DNA from: Fimbriimonadales bacterium | GTDB lineage: Bacteria > Armatimonadota > Fimbriimonadia > Fimbriimonadales > ATM1 | Direction of reading: 5' to 3' | NCBI GenBank assembly: GCA_051003155.1 | Contig: JBPCLO010000020.1 | Coordinates: 1 to 64,000 of the forward strand | Length of the DNA: 64,000 bases | Shown: in pieces, positions 19,563 to 27,797 of the stretch | Layout of the letters: the number at the start of each line of letters is the position of its first letter | How positions within the stretch are numbered: position 1 is the first letter of the stretch | The notes under the pieces: model-generated | The model's input: the letters and a program-made list of their open reading frames with translations, nothing else | Database searches by the model: none | Told to the model about the DNA's origin: nothing | Translations under genes and position numbers: made by a program

Positions 19563-21839
19563 TCACCTGACCACCACCTTGCCGCGGAGCATGTCCATGC
19601 CGCAGGTGAAGCGCAGCTCGCCCGCCTTCTCGGGCGTGAGGGTGACCTCGACCGGCTTGTTCAGCGGCAGCGGCTTGGTGATCTTCAGGTCGGGGAAGAC
19701 GATCTCGGTGCCGCAGGTCTGGTCGGTGCGGCGGATGAAGGTGATCGTCACCGGCTCGCCGGCCTCGACGGTGATCGAGTCGGGCCTGTAGCCGGCGGCG
19801 GTGATCTCGACCACCGGCCCTTTGGTCTCTGTCTCGGCGACGGGCGCGGAGACCTCGCCGCCCTCGCGCAGGTAGGCGGCACCCGTCGTGACCACCTGCT
19901 GGCCCTCGGCGAGCCCGCTCAAGATCGCAACGCTCTTGCCGTCGCTCGCGCCGGTCCGCACGTCGACGCGCTTCACAGTAAAGCGGCCAGAGTCCGAGCC
20001 CGGCTCGGCCATCCACACGAACGCCTTCGGCTCGCCGGGAGCGGCGGGCGGGCGCTGGATCGCCTCGACGGGCACGAAGAGGGTGTCGCGGGAGCCGCCG
20101 ACCTCGATCTCCATCGTCACGAACTGGCCGGGCAGGAAGCGGCCGTTCGCATTCGGCCAGACGACCTCGACCACCCCCGTCCGGCTCTGCGGGTCGACGG
20201 CGGGCGAGATAGAGCTGATCCGCGCCCGGATCGGCACGGCCTTGGAATCCCGGCTGACGATGCTCACCCATGAGCCGACTCCGATGCGCTCGAGATCGGA
20301 CGCCGCGACGTTGGCCTGGAGCCGGATTGGGGAGATCTGGGCGACCTTGAGGACGGTCTGGCCGGGGTTGACGAGCGTGCCGGGGCCGATCGTGCGCTGG
20401 GTGATGACCCCGTCCACCTCGGCCTTGAGCGCGGCGTATCCCTTCTGGGCGGCGGCGCTCTCGTAGCCCGCGCGGGCCTGGGCGACGCCCGCTCGCTCTT
20501 TGGCGATGTTCTGCTTGGCGGCGTTCGCGGCGCTTTGCTTTGCCCGGATGCCGGCCTCAGCCGCCCGCACCTCGGCCTGCGCTTGGCGCACCTTCTTCTG
20601 CGCGGCGGAGATCATGGCGCCGGCCTTGCGAACATTGGCGAGGGCGGCGTTGACTTTCCCGCGTGCGTCAGCGGCCTCGGATTCGGCTTGCTGGAGCTCG
20701 GAGCGGCTCACCGCCTTCTTCTCGAAGAGCTCGCGCATGCGGCGGAGCTCGTCGTTGCGGAAGCTCGCCTCGGCTGCGGCCGCTCCCACGTCGGCATCGA
20801 TCGCCTCCTTCTCCTGGCGCGCCGCCTCCAGCATCGCCTGCGCCTCATCGACCATGCTCTGCTTCACGCTCAGCCCGGCCCTCGCTTCGGCGACCTCCTG
20901 GAGCGCGGTTTGATACTCGGTCGCGGCGACGCCCACGCCCTGCGCGGCCATGTTCGTCATCGCCGCCTTCTCGGCGAGCTGGGGATCCAGCTGCGAGGTG
21001 TCGAGCCGGGCGAGCACCTGGCCCTTCTTCACCTTGTCGCCCACGTAGTAGGGCATCCAGACGATGACCCCGGTGCCCCTCGGATTCACGTCCTGCTCGA
21101 CGAAGCCGACCGCCTGGCCGGTGTAGCGGACGGTCTCCGAGATGGGGCCGCGCCTGACGGTGGCGAGCTGGACGGCGGTCGTGCCGGGCGGCGCGGGCGT
21201 GTTCATCTCCATCACCTGCGCCTCGATCGGGGTCATCGAGCCCTCCCGGCGCATGTTGTTGACCGCGTAGACCGCGATCGCGAACAGGGCCGCGAGCAGG
21301 AGCACGCCGCCGATCGTGCCTCGGTTGAACACGGCGCGCCAGTTCGCCCGCTGTCCGGTGGCGCGCATGCGGACGATCACGAAGACCAGCAGGGCAAGGC
21401 CGATCGCCCAAGGGACGAGGCTCATGAGCGAGAATCCGCCCGCCGCCTCGCCAGTGTCCTGGCCGGTCTTGACGGGGATCACGGCGGTGGCCGCGCCAGG
21501 CGCTCCCGTGATCTTGACGGTGACGTTGTAGCCCCCGCCCATGGGGAAGGCGGCCTGCATCGCGTAGCCCCCAGGCTCGCCGGAAACGGGCCCTGCGCGC
21601 TGTTCTCGCTCGCCCATGTTCATGCCCGGCATGCCCGCGATGGCGCGCACCTCGAGGTCTTCGAGCGGCTTACCCGACGCGTCGGTGATCTTGAGCACGA
21701 CCTTCGCCTGCCCGACTGGGATCACCCTGGGTTGGGTCGTCAGAGACACGCGGTACGGCCCGGCCTGGACATCGACGCCAGCGAAGCACACCGCTGGAAT
21801 AAAGCTAAGAGTAACGAGGAGGATGCGGAGGACGGACAT
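19563..21839 (-). CDS. RND periplasmic adaptor (MFP) with N-terminal YtkA/FixH-like and C-terminal cupredoxin-like domains
   Basis: GDKVKKGQVLARLD, coiled coil, PAVDPQSRT; N-terminal MPGMNM; C-terminal FTCGMDMLRG. Confidence 0.88.
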   Translation of the reverse strand: MSVLRILLVTLSFIPAVCFAGVDVQAGPYRVSLTTQPRVIPVGQAKVVLKITDASGKPLEDLEVRAIAGMPGMNMGEREQRAGPVSGEPGGYAMQAAFPMGGGYNVTVKITGAPGAATAVIPVKTGQDTGEAAGGFSLMSLVPWAIGLALLVFVIVRMRATGQRANWRAVFNRGTIGGVLLLAALFAIAVYAVNNMRREGSMTPIEAQVMEMNTPAPPGTTAVQLATVRRGPISETVRYTGQAVGFVEQDVNPRGTGVIVWMPYYVGDKVKKGQVLARLDTSQLDPQLAEKAAMTNMAAQGVGVAATEYQTALQEVAEARAGLSVKQSMVDEAQAMLEAARQEKEAIDADVGAAAAEASFRNDELRRMRELFEKKAVSRSELQQAESEAADARGKVNAALANVRKAGAMISAAQKKVRQAQAEVRAAEAGIRAKQSAANAAKQNIAKERAGVAQARAGYESAAAQKGYAALKAEVDGVITQRTIGPGTLVNPGQTVLKVAQISPIRLQANVAASDLERIGVGSWVSIVSRDSKAVPIRARISSISPAVDPQSRTGVVEVVWPNANGRFLPGQFVTMEIEVGGSRDTLFVPVEAIQRPPAAPGEPKAFVWMAEPGSDSGRFTVKRVDVRTGASDGKSVAILSGLAEGQQVVTTGAAYLREGGEVSAPVAETETKGPVVEITAAGYRPDSITVEAGEPVTITFIRRTDQTCGTEIVFPDLKITKPLPLNKPVEVTLTPEKAGELRFTCGMDMLRGKVVVR

Positions 21840-21842
21840 TGG

Positions 21843-22319
21843 TTATTGGCTGACGACAAAGTCGTAGATGGCTTCGCCGGGGTGCCCCTCCTGTTCCATA
21901 CTCACCTTGGCCTGCCAGTCTCCACCCATGGAAAGATCTAGTGCGCCTTCGTAGATGCCGTCTTTGGCGTGCTGTAGCTCGACCTCCGGTCCGCCCATGT
22001 TCATCGCAGGCTGCGACAGGCTGAGCTTCACTTTTGCCGCATCTGTAGGCTGTCCGTGATGCAGGAGCTTTGCGATGAACCTCGCTTTTCCGACCCTCAG
22101 CTCCGAGGGCACCGCCGTCAGGGTGACCGTGAAGTGCTCGTTGCTCTTCGCTGTGCCGAGGGAAGCGGCCTTCCCCGCACCTGACGGCTTCTGGGTGTCC
22201 GCGCCTTGTGTTGATGGGGATGTTGTGGACGAGCTTTCGTCAGTTTTGGAACTGCCACAGCCCCAGGTGAGGACCGCTGTGGCGAGGATGACGAAAGCCG
22301 TAAGGTGTTGTAGTTTCAT
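21843..22319 (-). CDS. YtkA/FixH-like lipoprotein
   Basis: TWGC lipobox; PAMNMG..GIYEG..SMGGDW. Confidence 0.75.
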   Translation of the reverse strand: MKLQHLTAFVILATAVLTWGCGSSKTDESSSTTSPSTQGADTQKPSGAGKAASLGTAKSNEHFTVTLTAVPSELRVGKARFIAKLLHHGQPTDAAKVKLSLSQPAMNMGGPEVELQHAKDGIYEGALDLSMGGDWQAKVSMEQEGHPGEAIYDFVVSQ

Positions 22320-23650
22320 TGCGAGATTCCTCCTGTGGCTCTTGCGTCGACCTGGCCGACAGCTCGGTACAACTTTGCGATGGCCAGTTGATGGTCGTAG
22401 GTGGCTTGGGCTAGATTGGCTCGTGCGCGAGTGAGGGCGGCGAGGGCGTCGAGCTGCTCGACGAGGATGCCCTTGCCGCTCTCGACGCGGACGACCATCA
22501 CTTCGTAGGCGGCCTGGGCCGCGACGAGGCCGGCTTGGGCGCTTCGATAGTTCTCGGCGGCGGTCTCGATGTCCAGCCAGGCCTGCCGGACCTCCTTGGC
22601 GGTCTGCAGCTCTAGCCTCGCCACGTCGGCGAGGGCCCTCTCGCGCATCGCCCTGGCGCCCGCAACCTCGGAGCGGCGCATGCCCCCGTCGAAGACAGGG
22701 AGGCTGACGGTGAGCCCGACCGTGTAGCCCGAGTTCTTGCCCATCAAGTCCCTGGGCGCGAAGGCGTCTCCCATGGCGAAGCCGTAGACCTGCGGCCTGA
22801 GGGCACCTTCTGCGGAGGAGACCTGGCCTTGTCCGGCGCGGGCGCGTTGCCTTGCGGCGATCAGCTCGCCCCTCGTCTGCATGGCGATCCCCAAGTACGC
22901 CTCGAGCGTCCCTTCGACGGGCTTGTATTCGAGCGTCTCAGTCAATGTCACCGGCGAATCGAGCGCAGCGCCCATTTCGGCAAGGAGGTCGAGCAGCGTC
23001 TTGCGCCGTTCGTTCTCCGCCATGGTGAGTTCGCGCTTGGCATCTGCGAGCTCGGCCTCGGCGCGGCGGACGGATGCCTCGATCCCTTTGCCGGCCTCGA
23101 ACAGGGCTTGAGCATTTCGCACCATCGCCTCGGCGGCGGTCACGCGGGCTTGCTGCGCCTTGACCAGCTCGACCCCATAGAGGGCGCGGGTGTAGGCCTC
23201 CCGGACCTTCAAAGCGACCTCAGCGCGCATCCCGGAAGCCTCGGCGATCGCCGCCTGCTCACGAGCCGAAGCCGCAGCGACGAGCCCCGAGAGCCAGCCG
23301 CCCGTGTAAAGGGGCGCCATAAGCATCAGGTTGCCGTCCAGGAAACCCTTCTCCGGCGCGAGGATCAGTGCCTGAGGCTCCACTCCCATCGCCGATTGCA
23401 GGATGTTCGGCATGCTGCCCTGGGAGGCGAACCCATTGATCGAAAGCTGCGGACGCGTGCGGGATCGCGCTACTCCCGTTTCCGCGCGAGCCGCGTCGAT
23501 CTCCGCCTGAGCCGCCCGCAGCGTCGGGCTGTTCTTCATCGCAAACGAAACAGCCTCGAAGAGTGAAAGCTGTTTGAACTGGGCTTCTTGGGCAGGCGCG
23601 AAGGAAGCAATTGCGAACAAAGCCAACGGCAGAAGTTGGCGAGCCTTCAT
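22316..23650 (-). CDS. TolC-family outer membrane efflux protein
   Basis: Signal peptide; two OEP repeats (NSPTL..., SLPVFDGG); C-terminal LYRAVG. Confidence 0.92.
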   Translation of the reverse strand: MKARQLLPLALFAIASFAPAQEAQFKQLSLFEAVSFAMKNSPTLRAAQAEIDAARAETGVARSRTRPQLSINGFASQGSMPNILQSAMGVEPQALILAPEKGFLDGNLMLMAPLYTGGWLSGLVAAASAREQAAIAEASGMRAEVALKVREAYTRALYGVELVKAQQARVTAAEAMVRNAQALFEAGKGIEASVRRAEAELADAKRELTMAENERRKTLLDLLAEMGAALDSPVTLTETLEYKPVEGTLEAYLGIAMQTRGELIAARQRARAGQGQVSSAEGALRPQVYGFAMGDAFAPRDLMGKNSGYTVGLTVSLPVFDGGMRRSEVAGARAMRERALADVARLELQTAKEVRQAWLDIETAAENYRSAQAGLVAAQAAYEVMVVRVESGKGILVEQLDALAALTRARANLAQATYDHQLAIAKLYRAVGQVDARATGGISQ

Positions 23651-24186
23651 CCTTTCGCCTCCTTATCGTCCCGCGTGATCTCTAGCAGTCGCTTCCTTTG
23701 CTGTGGGCCAAGAATTGCGATTGCTGAAGACCAGAACCGATTGCGCGTCTCGTCGTAGATTCGCGAAAGCTCGGAATAGCCGCTCAGCTTGCTCTGGATG
23801 GTAGTCAACGAAGCCTGCGATCGGGTGCCTTCGCGCATTGGCATGGTCGCGAGTTGAAGTTGCCCCTCGAGATCCCGCTTCGCCGTAAGCCACTTATTCG
23901 AGATAGCCTCCAACTGTGCACGTTGCCGTCCGCTCAGCCGCAAGATGGAACTGTGGCTTTGCAGAATCTGCGGTTCCGGTTTCCAGAGCGGAGGCAGCTT
24001 CGGCGCCATGGCCGTCGGCCGCACCACTTGTCTCAACTGACCCGATGCGTCTGCTTCGAAGTAGACGCGCTCAGGCGAGCTTAGCTTAGTAAAGAAGCTG
24101 TATGCGCTAAAGGTCACGATGCCAATGAGCATCGCCTTCGTGCCCGGCCCAAGAGACCGGCTGCGTTTGTTATGCTTTGCGTTCAA
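23647..24186 (-). CDS. Hypothetical membrane-anchored protein
   Basis: N-terminal TM segment; ATGA overlap with the TolC-family gene. Confidence 0.55.
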   Translation of the reverse strand: MNAKHNKRSRSLGPGTKAMLIGIVTFSAYSFFTKLSSPERVYFEADASGQLRQVVRPTAMAPKLPPLWKPEPQILQSHSSILRLSGRQRAQLEAISNKWLTAKRDLEGQLQLATMPMREGTRSQASLTTIQSKLSGYSELSRIYDETRNRFWSSAIAILGPQQRKRLLEITRDDKEAKG

Positions 24187-24319
24187 TAACTGACTCCAAT
24201 TGCAATCAATAGGGAATGGCTAGAGCCAAGAGCACTTGGGTCAGGAACAGATCGGCTGCGTTTCGTAAATAAGTGCCTCGGCGGCATAGGGCAGCAACAA
24301 GCCTGAAGCGTGTCGCTCC

Positions 24320-24769
24320 CTATGTCGCTGGGGGAGCACGTCCGCGATCTGGATGGCGGAAAACAGTTGGTGGCGAGCGATCAGAATAGAAAAGGATTGG
24401 CGGGGTTCGAGCTAGATTTGCAAGCCCCGCGACAGTCGGTGGTTCCGGAATGGACACTTCAAGGATCGGTGCCTGAGGCGCGGCGAGCCTAATCTCGTTC
24501 CCGACTGCGTCGGGCGCGGATTTGATCTCGCATTTGCACTCCCCCTTAGGCGGATCTTTAGCTCGCTCAGCTCTCTCGGCCGCTGCCTGCGGGCAGCAAT
24601 CGTGCAACCCTTTCTTCGGCTCATTTCTCTGGACGTGCATAGCGCAATCCTTGCCGCAACGCCCAGCGGAGCATATGACGGAGCTAAAAGCGCTACCAGA
24701 CGTGCCTAGAGAAACTAGGCCTGCTAAGAGCACACGTAAACCTATCGACTCGCGAATCATACGTCGCAC
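24320..24769 (-). CDS. Cys-rich leader protein ending in RAPP (DUF2946/CruR-like)
   Basis: Hydrophobic N-terminus, Cys clusters, Pro-rich tail ending GRAPPAT; first gene of the efflux operon. Confidence 0.7.
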   Translation of the reverse strand: MRRMIRESIGLRVLLAGLVSLGTSGSAFSSVICSAGRCGKDCAMHVQRNEPKKGLHDCCPQAAAERAERAKDPPKGECKCEIKSAPDAVGNEIRLAAPQAPILEVSIPEPPTVAGLANLARTPPILFYSDRSPPTVFRHPDRGRAPPAT

Positions 24770-24849
24770 TTACTTTTATCATAACCCAATTTCTATCGTG
24801 GGCGTTCCTCTCTGTGAAAACGGGACTGTCTTGTGAAACTCGATTCGTA

Positions 24850-25393
24850 ATCTGCGCGCAACGCTTCGCGCCGGTCTAAATCAGGCTTGGAAGGAAGGCC
24901 TTGTAGAGCAGAACGTTGCCGCGAAAGTTACGCCCCCGAAGATCGACGCCGCAGCTCCCGAGTTCCTCACCCCTGCCCAAGCTCGCCACTTCCTCGATTC
25001 GATTCAGGATCACCCGCTTTGCGGCCTCTTCACTTTCACGCTCGCTACTGGTCTGCGGATCGGTGAAGCTACCGGCCTTAGATGGTCTGATGTCGACTTC
25101 GAGAAGGAAACGGCCACAATCGCCGTTCAGCTTCAGCGCATCGCCGGCAAGCTGATCCATAAGCCGCTCAAAAGCCAGTCAAGCCGCCGAACGCTTCCGA
25201 TTAGCGGAGCTATTGAGGTCCTGGAGGCCGCGAAGTCAGCGCAGCTGATCGACGGGCCCGCGAACCCGCTTGGTCTCGTCTTCCTAAACGCTGAAGGTCG
25301 ACCCCTCGATCAAAAGTACATCGACAAGCGATTGAAAGCCCTACTCGTGGCCGCCGGTCTTCCGCCGCTTAGCTTTCATAAGCTGCGCCATAC
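24850..25393 (+). pseudogene. Integrase remnant (middle part)
   Basis: Homologous to ~13,300-13,846; last ~150 bp nearly identical; ends at FHKLRHT. Confidence 0.9.
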
Positions 25394-25399
25394 AAATCG

Positions 25400-25424
25400 T
25401 GGTATAACATCGGTGAACCCCGAT
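25400..25424 (+). promoter_or_regulatory. Extended -10 promoter and putative ArsR operator
   Basis: TG-N-TATAAC (25,400-25,408) followed by the inverted repeat ATCGG-N6-CCGAT. Confidence 0.55.
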
Positions 25425-25432
25425 TTAGCGAT

Positions 25433-25822
25433 ATGAAACAGCTCGTCGCATTTGGAAAAGCGCTCGCCGACCCCACAAGGGTCCGCATCCTCAACGTCCT
25501 CCGCCAGTCGGAGGCCTGCGTGTGCGAGCTCATCGACGCCATGGCAATGGGCCAGTCCACGCTCAGCACCCACCTTCAGACTCTCCGAATCGCGGGGCTG
25601 GTCGACACGCGAAAGCACAGGACTTGGATCATCTACAGCATCGAGCCGAGCGCGAGGGAGGCGGTCGAGGCCATCTTCGACCACTTCCCACCCACCGACG
25701 AGCGCCTCCATATCGACAAAGAAAGGTTCGACCAAAGACTGGGCCTGCGCGTGGACGGCTGCTGCGTCCTCGGTTCTGGCCAGCTAAGCAAGGAGACAAA
25801 GAATGAACCAGTGCTCGTGTAA
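25433..25822 (+). CDS. ArsR/SmtB family metalloregulator
   Basis: KALADPTRVRIL, EACVCEL, QSTLSTHL; C-terminal CC. Confidence 0.92.
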   Translation: MKQLVAFGKALADPTRVRILNVLRQSEACVCELIDAMAMGQSTLSTHLQTLRIAGLVDTRKHRTWIIYSIEPSAREAVEAIFDHFPPTDERLHIDKERFDQRLGLRVDGCCVLGSGQLSKETKNEPVLV

Positions 25823-25898
25823 CTGCGGCTGTCCGTGCTGCCAATCCGGCGAATGCACCTGCTCGACCTGCACATGCGGATGCTCCTGCGGAAAATAG
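25803..25898 (+). CDS. Metallothionein-like peptide (31 aa, 12 Cys)
   Basis: AAGGAG RBS; MNQCSCNCGCPCCQSGECTCSTCTCGCSCGK*; below the ORF-track length cutoff. Confidence 0.8.
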   Translation: MNQCSCNCGCPCCQSGECTCSTCTCGCSCGK

Positions 25899-26500
25899 CC
25901 GTCCTGCTCGCCGCCCTGCCCATCCTGGCGTGGGGTCAAACGAGCGTGCCCACGTGAACCGGGTGACCAGGCGAGGGCCAGCTCCTCGGTTCGGGGAGCC
26001 TCAACAAGAAATGGGTGATCGCCTATCGGTTCGCCGACACGCCGCAGCTCCGCCCGAGGCACCGGCTAACGGTGGACTACCAGCTCACGTCCAAGTTCCA
26101 GCCGGGCATCGAGTACAACTTCGCGGTCAAGGAGTTGGGGTTCCGAGCTACGTATCTGGTGCAAACGGAGAACGAGCGCAGGCCGATGATCCACCTCAAC
26201 ACGTCCTCGGATCGCATCGGGACGCCGGAAGGTTACCAACAGGCGAGCATCACCTTCGGCAAGACGATCCCGGGCACCAAGATCGCCCCCTACGCCTCGA
26301 TCACCTATTCGGGCTTCGACAAGAAGCTCGTGTTCCCCTTCGGTGCCAGCTACCGGATCGCACCGGAGTGGAGCGCCATCGCCATGAACGACGGGCGCAA
26401 GTCGCACCTGCTCATCACCTATTCACAAGCGAACTACTTCATCCAAGCCGGATGGATATGGTTCAAGCATCCGGCCGTAACTATCGGCTGGGGATTCTAA
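25880..26500 (+). CDS. Putative secreted/outer-membrane selenoprotein with UxxU motif (206 aa)
   Basis: ATG 25,880 and signal peptide MLLRKIAVLLAALPILAWG, then QTSVPT-TGA-TG-TGA-P, in frame with ORF 26,015-26,500; alternating beta-strand pattern ending VTIGWGF. Confidence 0.72.
25973..26002 (+). promoter_or_regulatory. Putative bacterial SECIS hairpin
   Basis: GCTCCTC-GGTTC-GGGGAGC stem-loop; loop starts 21 nt after TGA 25,964-25,966. Confidence 0.65.
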
Positions 26501-26521
26501 ACGACACTAGGAGAAACAAAA

Positions 26522-26788
26522 ATGACAAGAATCGAAGTCTTTAGCGCCGGCTGCCCGCTCTGCGAGGACGCCATACGCACCGTCCGCGAAACCGCCTGCC
26601 CGACTTGCGAGATCACGGTCCACGACCTCCGAGAAGGTTGCGAGACCATGGAATGCCGCGACAAGGCAAGCGCCTACGGCGTCATGCGCGTCCCCGCTGT
26701 CGCCGTGGACGGCGTGCTCGTGCCGTGCTGCGCCGACACCCCCGTCATGCCCGAGTTGCTCCGCCAAGCAGGAGTGGGACGCCCATGA
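26522..26788 (+). CDS. Small thioredoxin/glutaredoxin-like Cys-rich protein
   Basis: IEVFSAGCPLC, CPTC, VPAVAVDG and C-terminal CC. Confidence 0.85.
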   Translation: MTRIEVFSAGCPLCEDAIRTVRETACPTCEITVHDLREGCETMECRDKASAYGVMRVPAVAVDGVLVPCCADTPVMPELLRQAGVGRP

Positions 26789-27438
26789 AGAACCTCATCA
26801 TCGCCCTCGCCATCGCCGTCTTCGCCATAGCGGCCGCCCAGGACACGCCTACCGACATCGCCAAGAAGGACCTGCCCGCCATGGCCAAGTGCCTCATGTG
26901 CACCGACGAGGGCGAGGAGAAGCCCGCTGGCGGCCTCATGTACAAGGGCAAGGCCTACTACTTCTGCAACGCCAACGAGATCAAGGCGTTCAAGAAGGAC
27001 CCGGAAGCCTATGTCCCGCCCGTCCTGCCCCGCCCCATGCCCGCGTTCGAGCTGAAGGACACGAGCGGCAAGACATGGGACGCCGACGCCATGACGGGCA
27101 AGCTCGTCCTCATCGACTACTGGGCCACCTGGTGCGGCCCCTGCAAGGCGATGATGCCGATGCTCGACAAGTTCCACGCCAAATACAAGGCGCAGGGCTT
27201 CGAGATCCTCTCGGTGAGCATCGACGAAAAGCGCCCCGCCCTAGTCAAGTTCCTGAAGGGCCACAAGTTCCCGAACCCCGTCCTGCACGACGACGACAAG
27301 ACCTGGCAGAAGTGGGGCGTCAAGAACATCCCCGCCACGTTCCTTGTCAAAGACGGCAAGATTGTCGCGCAGTGGGTCGGCAAGCCCACCGAAAAGGACC
27401 TCGCCTCCGCCATCGACGGCAATCTGAACCGCAACTAG
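26785..27438 (+). CDS. Secreted YHS-like domain + TlpA-like redoxin
   Basis: Signal peptide; CLMC..YKGKAYYFC; DYWATWCGPC; IPATF; ATGA overlap with the previous gene. Confidence 0.88.
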   Translation: MKNLIIALAIAVFAIAAAQDTPTDIAKKDLPAMAKCLMCTDEGEEKPAGGLMYKGKAYYFCNANEIKAFKKDPEAYVPPVLPRPMPAFELKDTSGKTWDADAMTGKLVLIDYWATWCGPCKAMMPMLDKFHAKYKAQGFEILSVSIDEKRPALVKFLKGHKFPNPVLHDDDKTWQKWGVKNIPATFLVKDGKIVAQWVGKPTEKDLASAIDGNLNRN

Positions 27439-27446
27439 AGCTGCAC

Positions 27447-27614
27447 GTGAGAACTTTCCTTGGACTCGTGGCGTTCGCGCCGATCCTCGCGATTCGGCCA
27501 GGATCAGCCCGGTCAAGCCCACTGCCCGCTGTGAGCGGTGGGCGGCCACGGGGCAGGTTCGGTCCCGAATGAGAAGTGGCTGATCGATACTGTCATTGCT
27601 CCGGGCTCGGTCAC
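27447..27614 (+). pseudogene. Truncated, frameshifted CxxU paralog of the UxxU protein
   Basis: Signal-like VRTFLGLVAFAPILA; +1 shift near 27,492; then FGQDQPGQAH-CPL-TGA-AVGGHGAGSVPNEKWLI; hairpin CGGGGC-AGGTTCG-GTCCCG. Confidence 0.6.
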
Positions 27615-27760
27615 CGGGGTAAGCGAAGCCCAAAGAAGAGCCGCGAATGTCCTCGATGGAATCATCAAGCGAGGGACTTTGTACGAAAGCTGAGCGCGAC
27701 GCTCTTTTTTTATAGCGACGCATCAAAGCGCTCCTTTTTATAGCGTACAATCAGTTCGCC
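27615..27760 (+). pseudogene. Integrase remnant (3' end and downstream sequence)
   Basis: Identical to 13,946-~14,040 (GVSEAQRRAANVLDGIIKRGTLYES*); similarity continues weakly to ~27,760. Confidence 0.9.
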
Positions 27761-27797
27761 CTCCGTCCTTGTGTTCTTGATTCCGGATGAAGCGGTC

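Noticed and set aside
20535..21941. Long antisense ORFs (also 943-2157, 22,829-23,566, 13,978-14,628)
   Set aside because: GC-rich shadows of well-supported genes on the opposite strand
25955..25966. TGA read as Trp/Gly (alternative genetic code), or plain nonsense decay
   Set aside because: Many genes here end in TGA with ATGA coupling. Two TGAs at CxxC spacing, a CxxU paralog and a shared hairpin make random decay less likely, though it is not formally excluded
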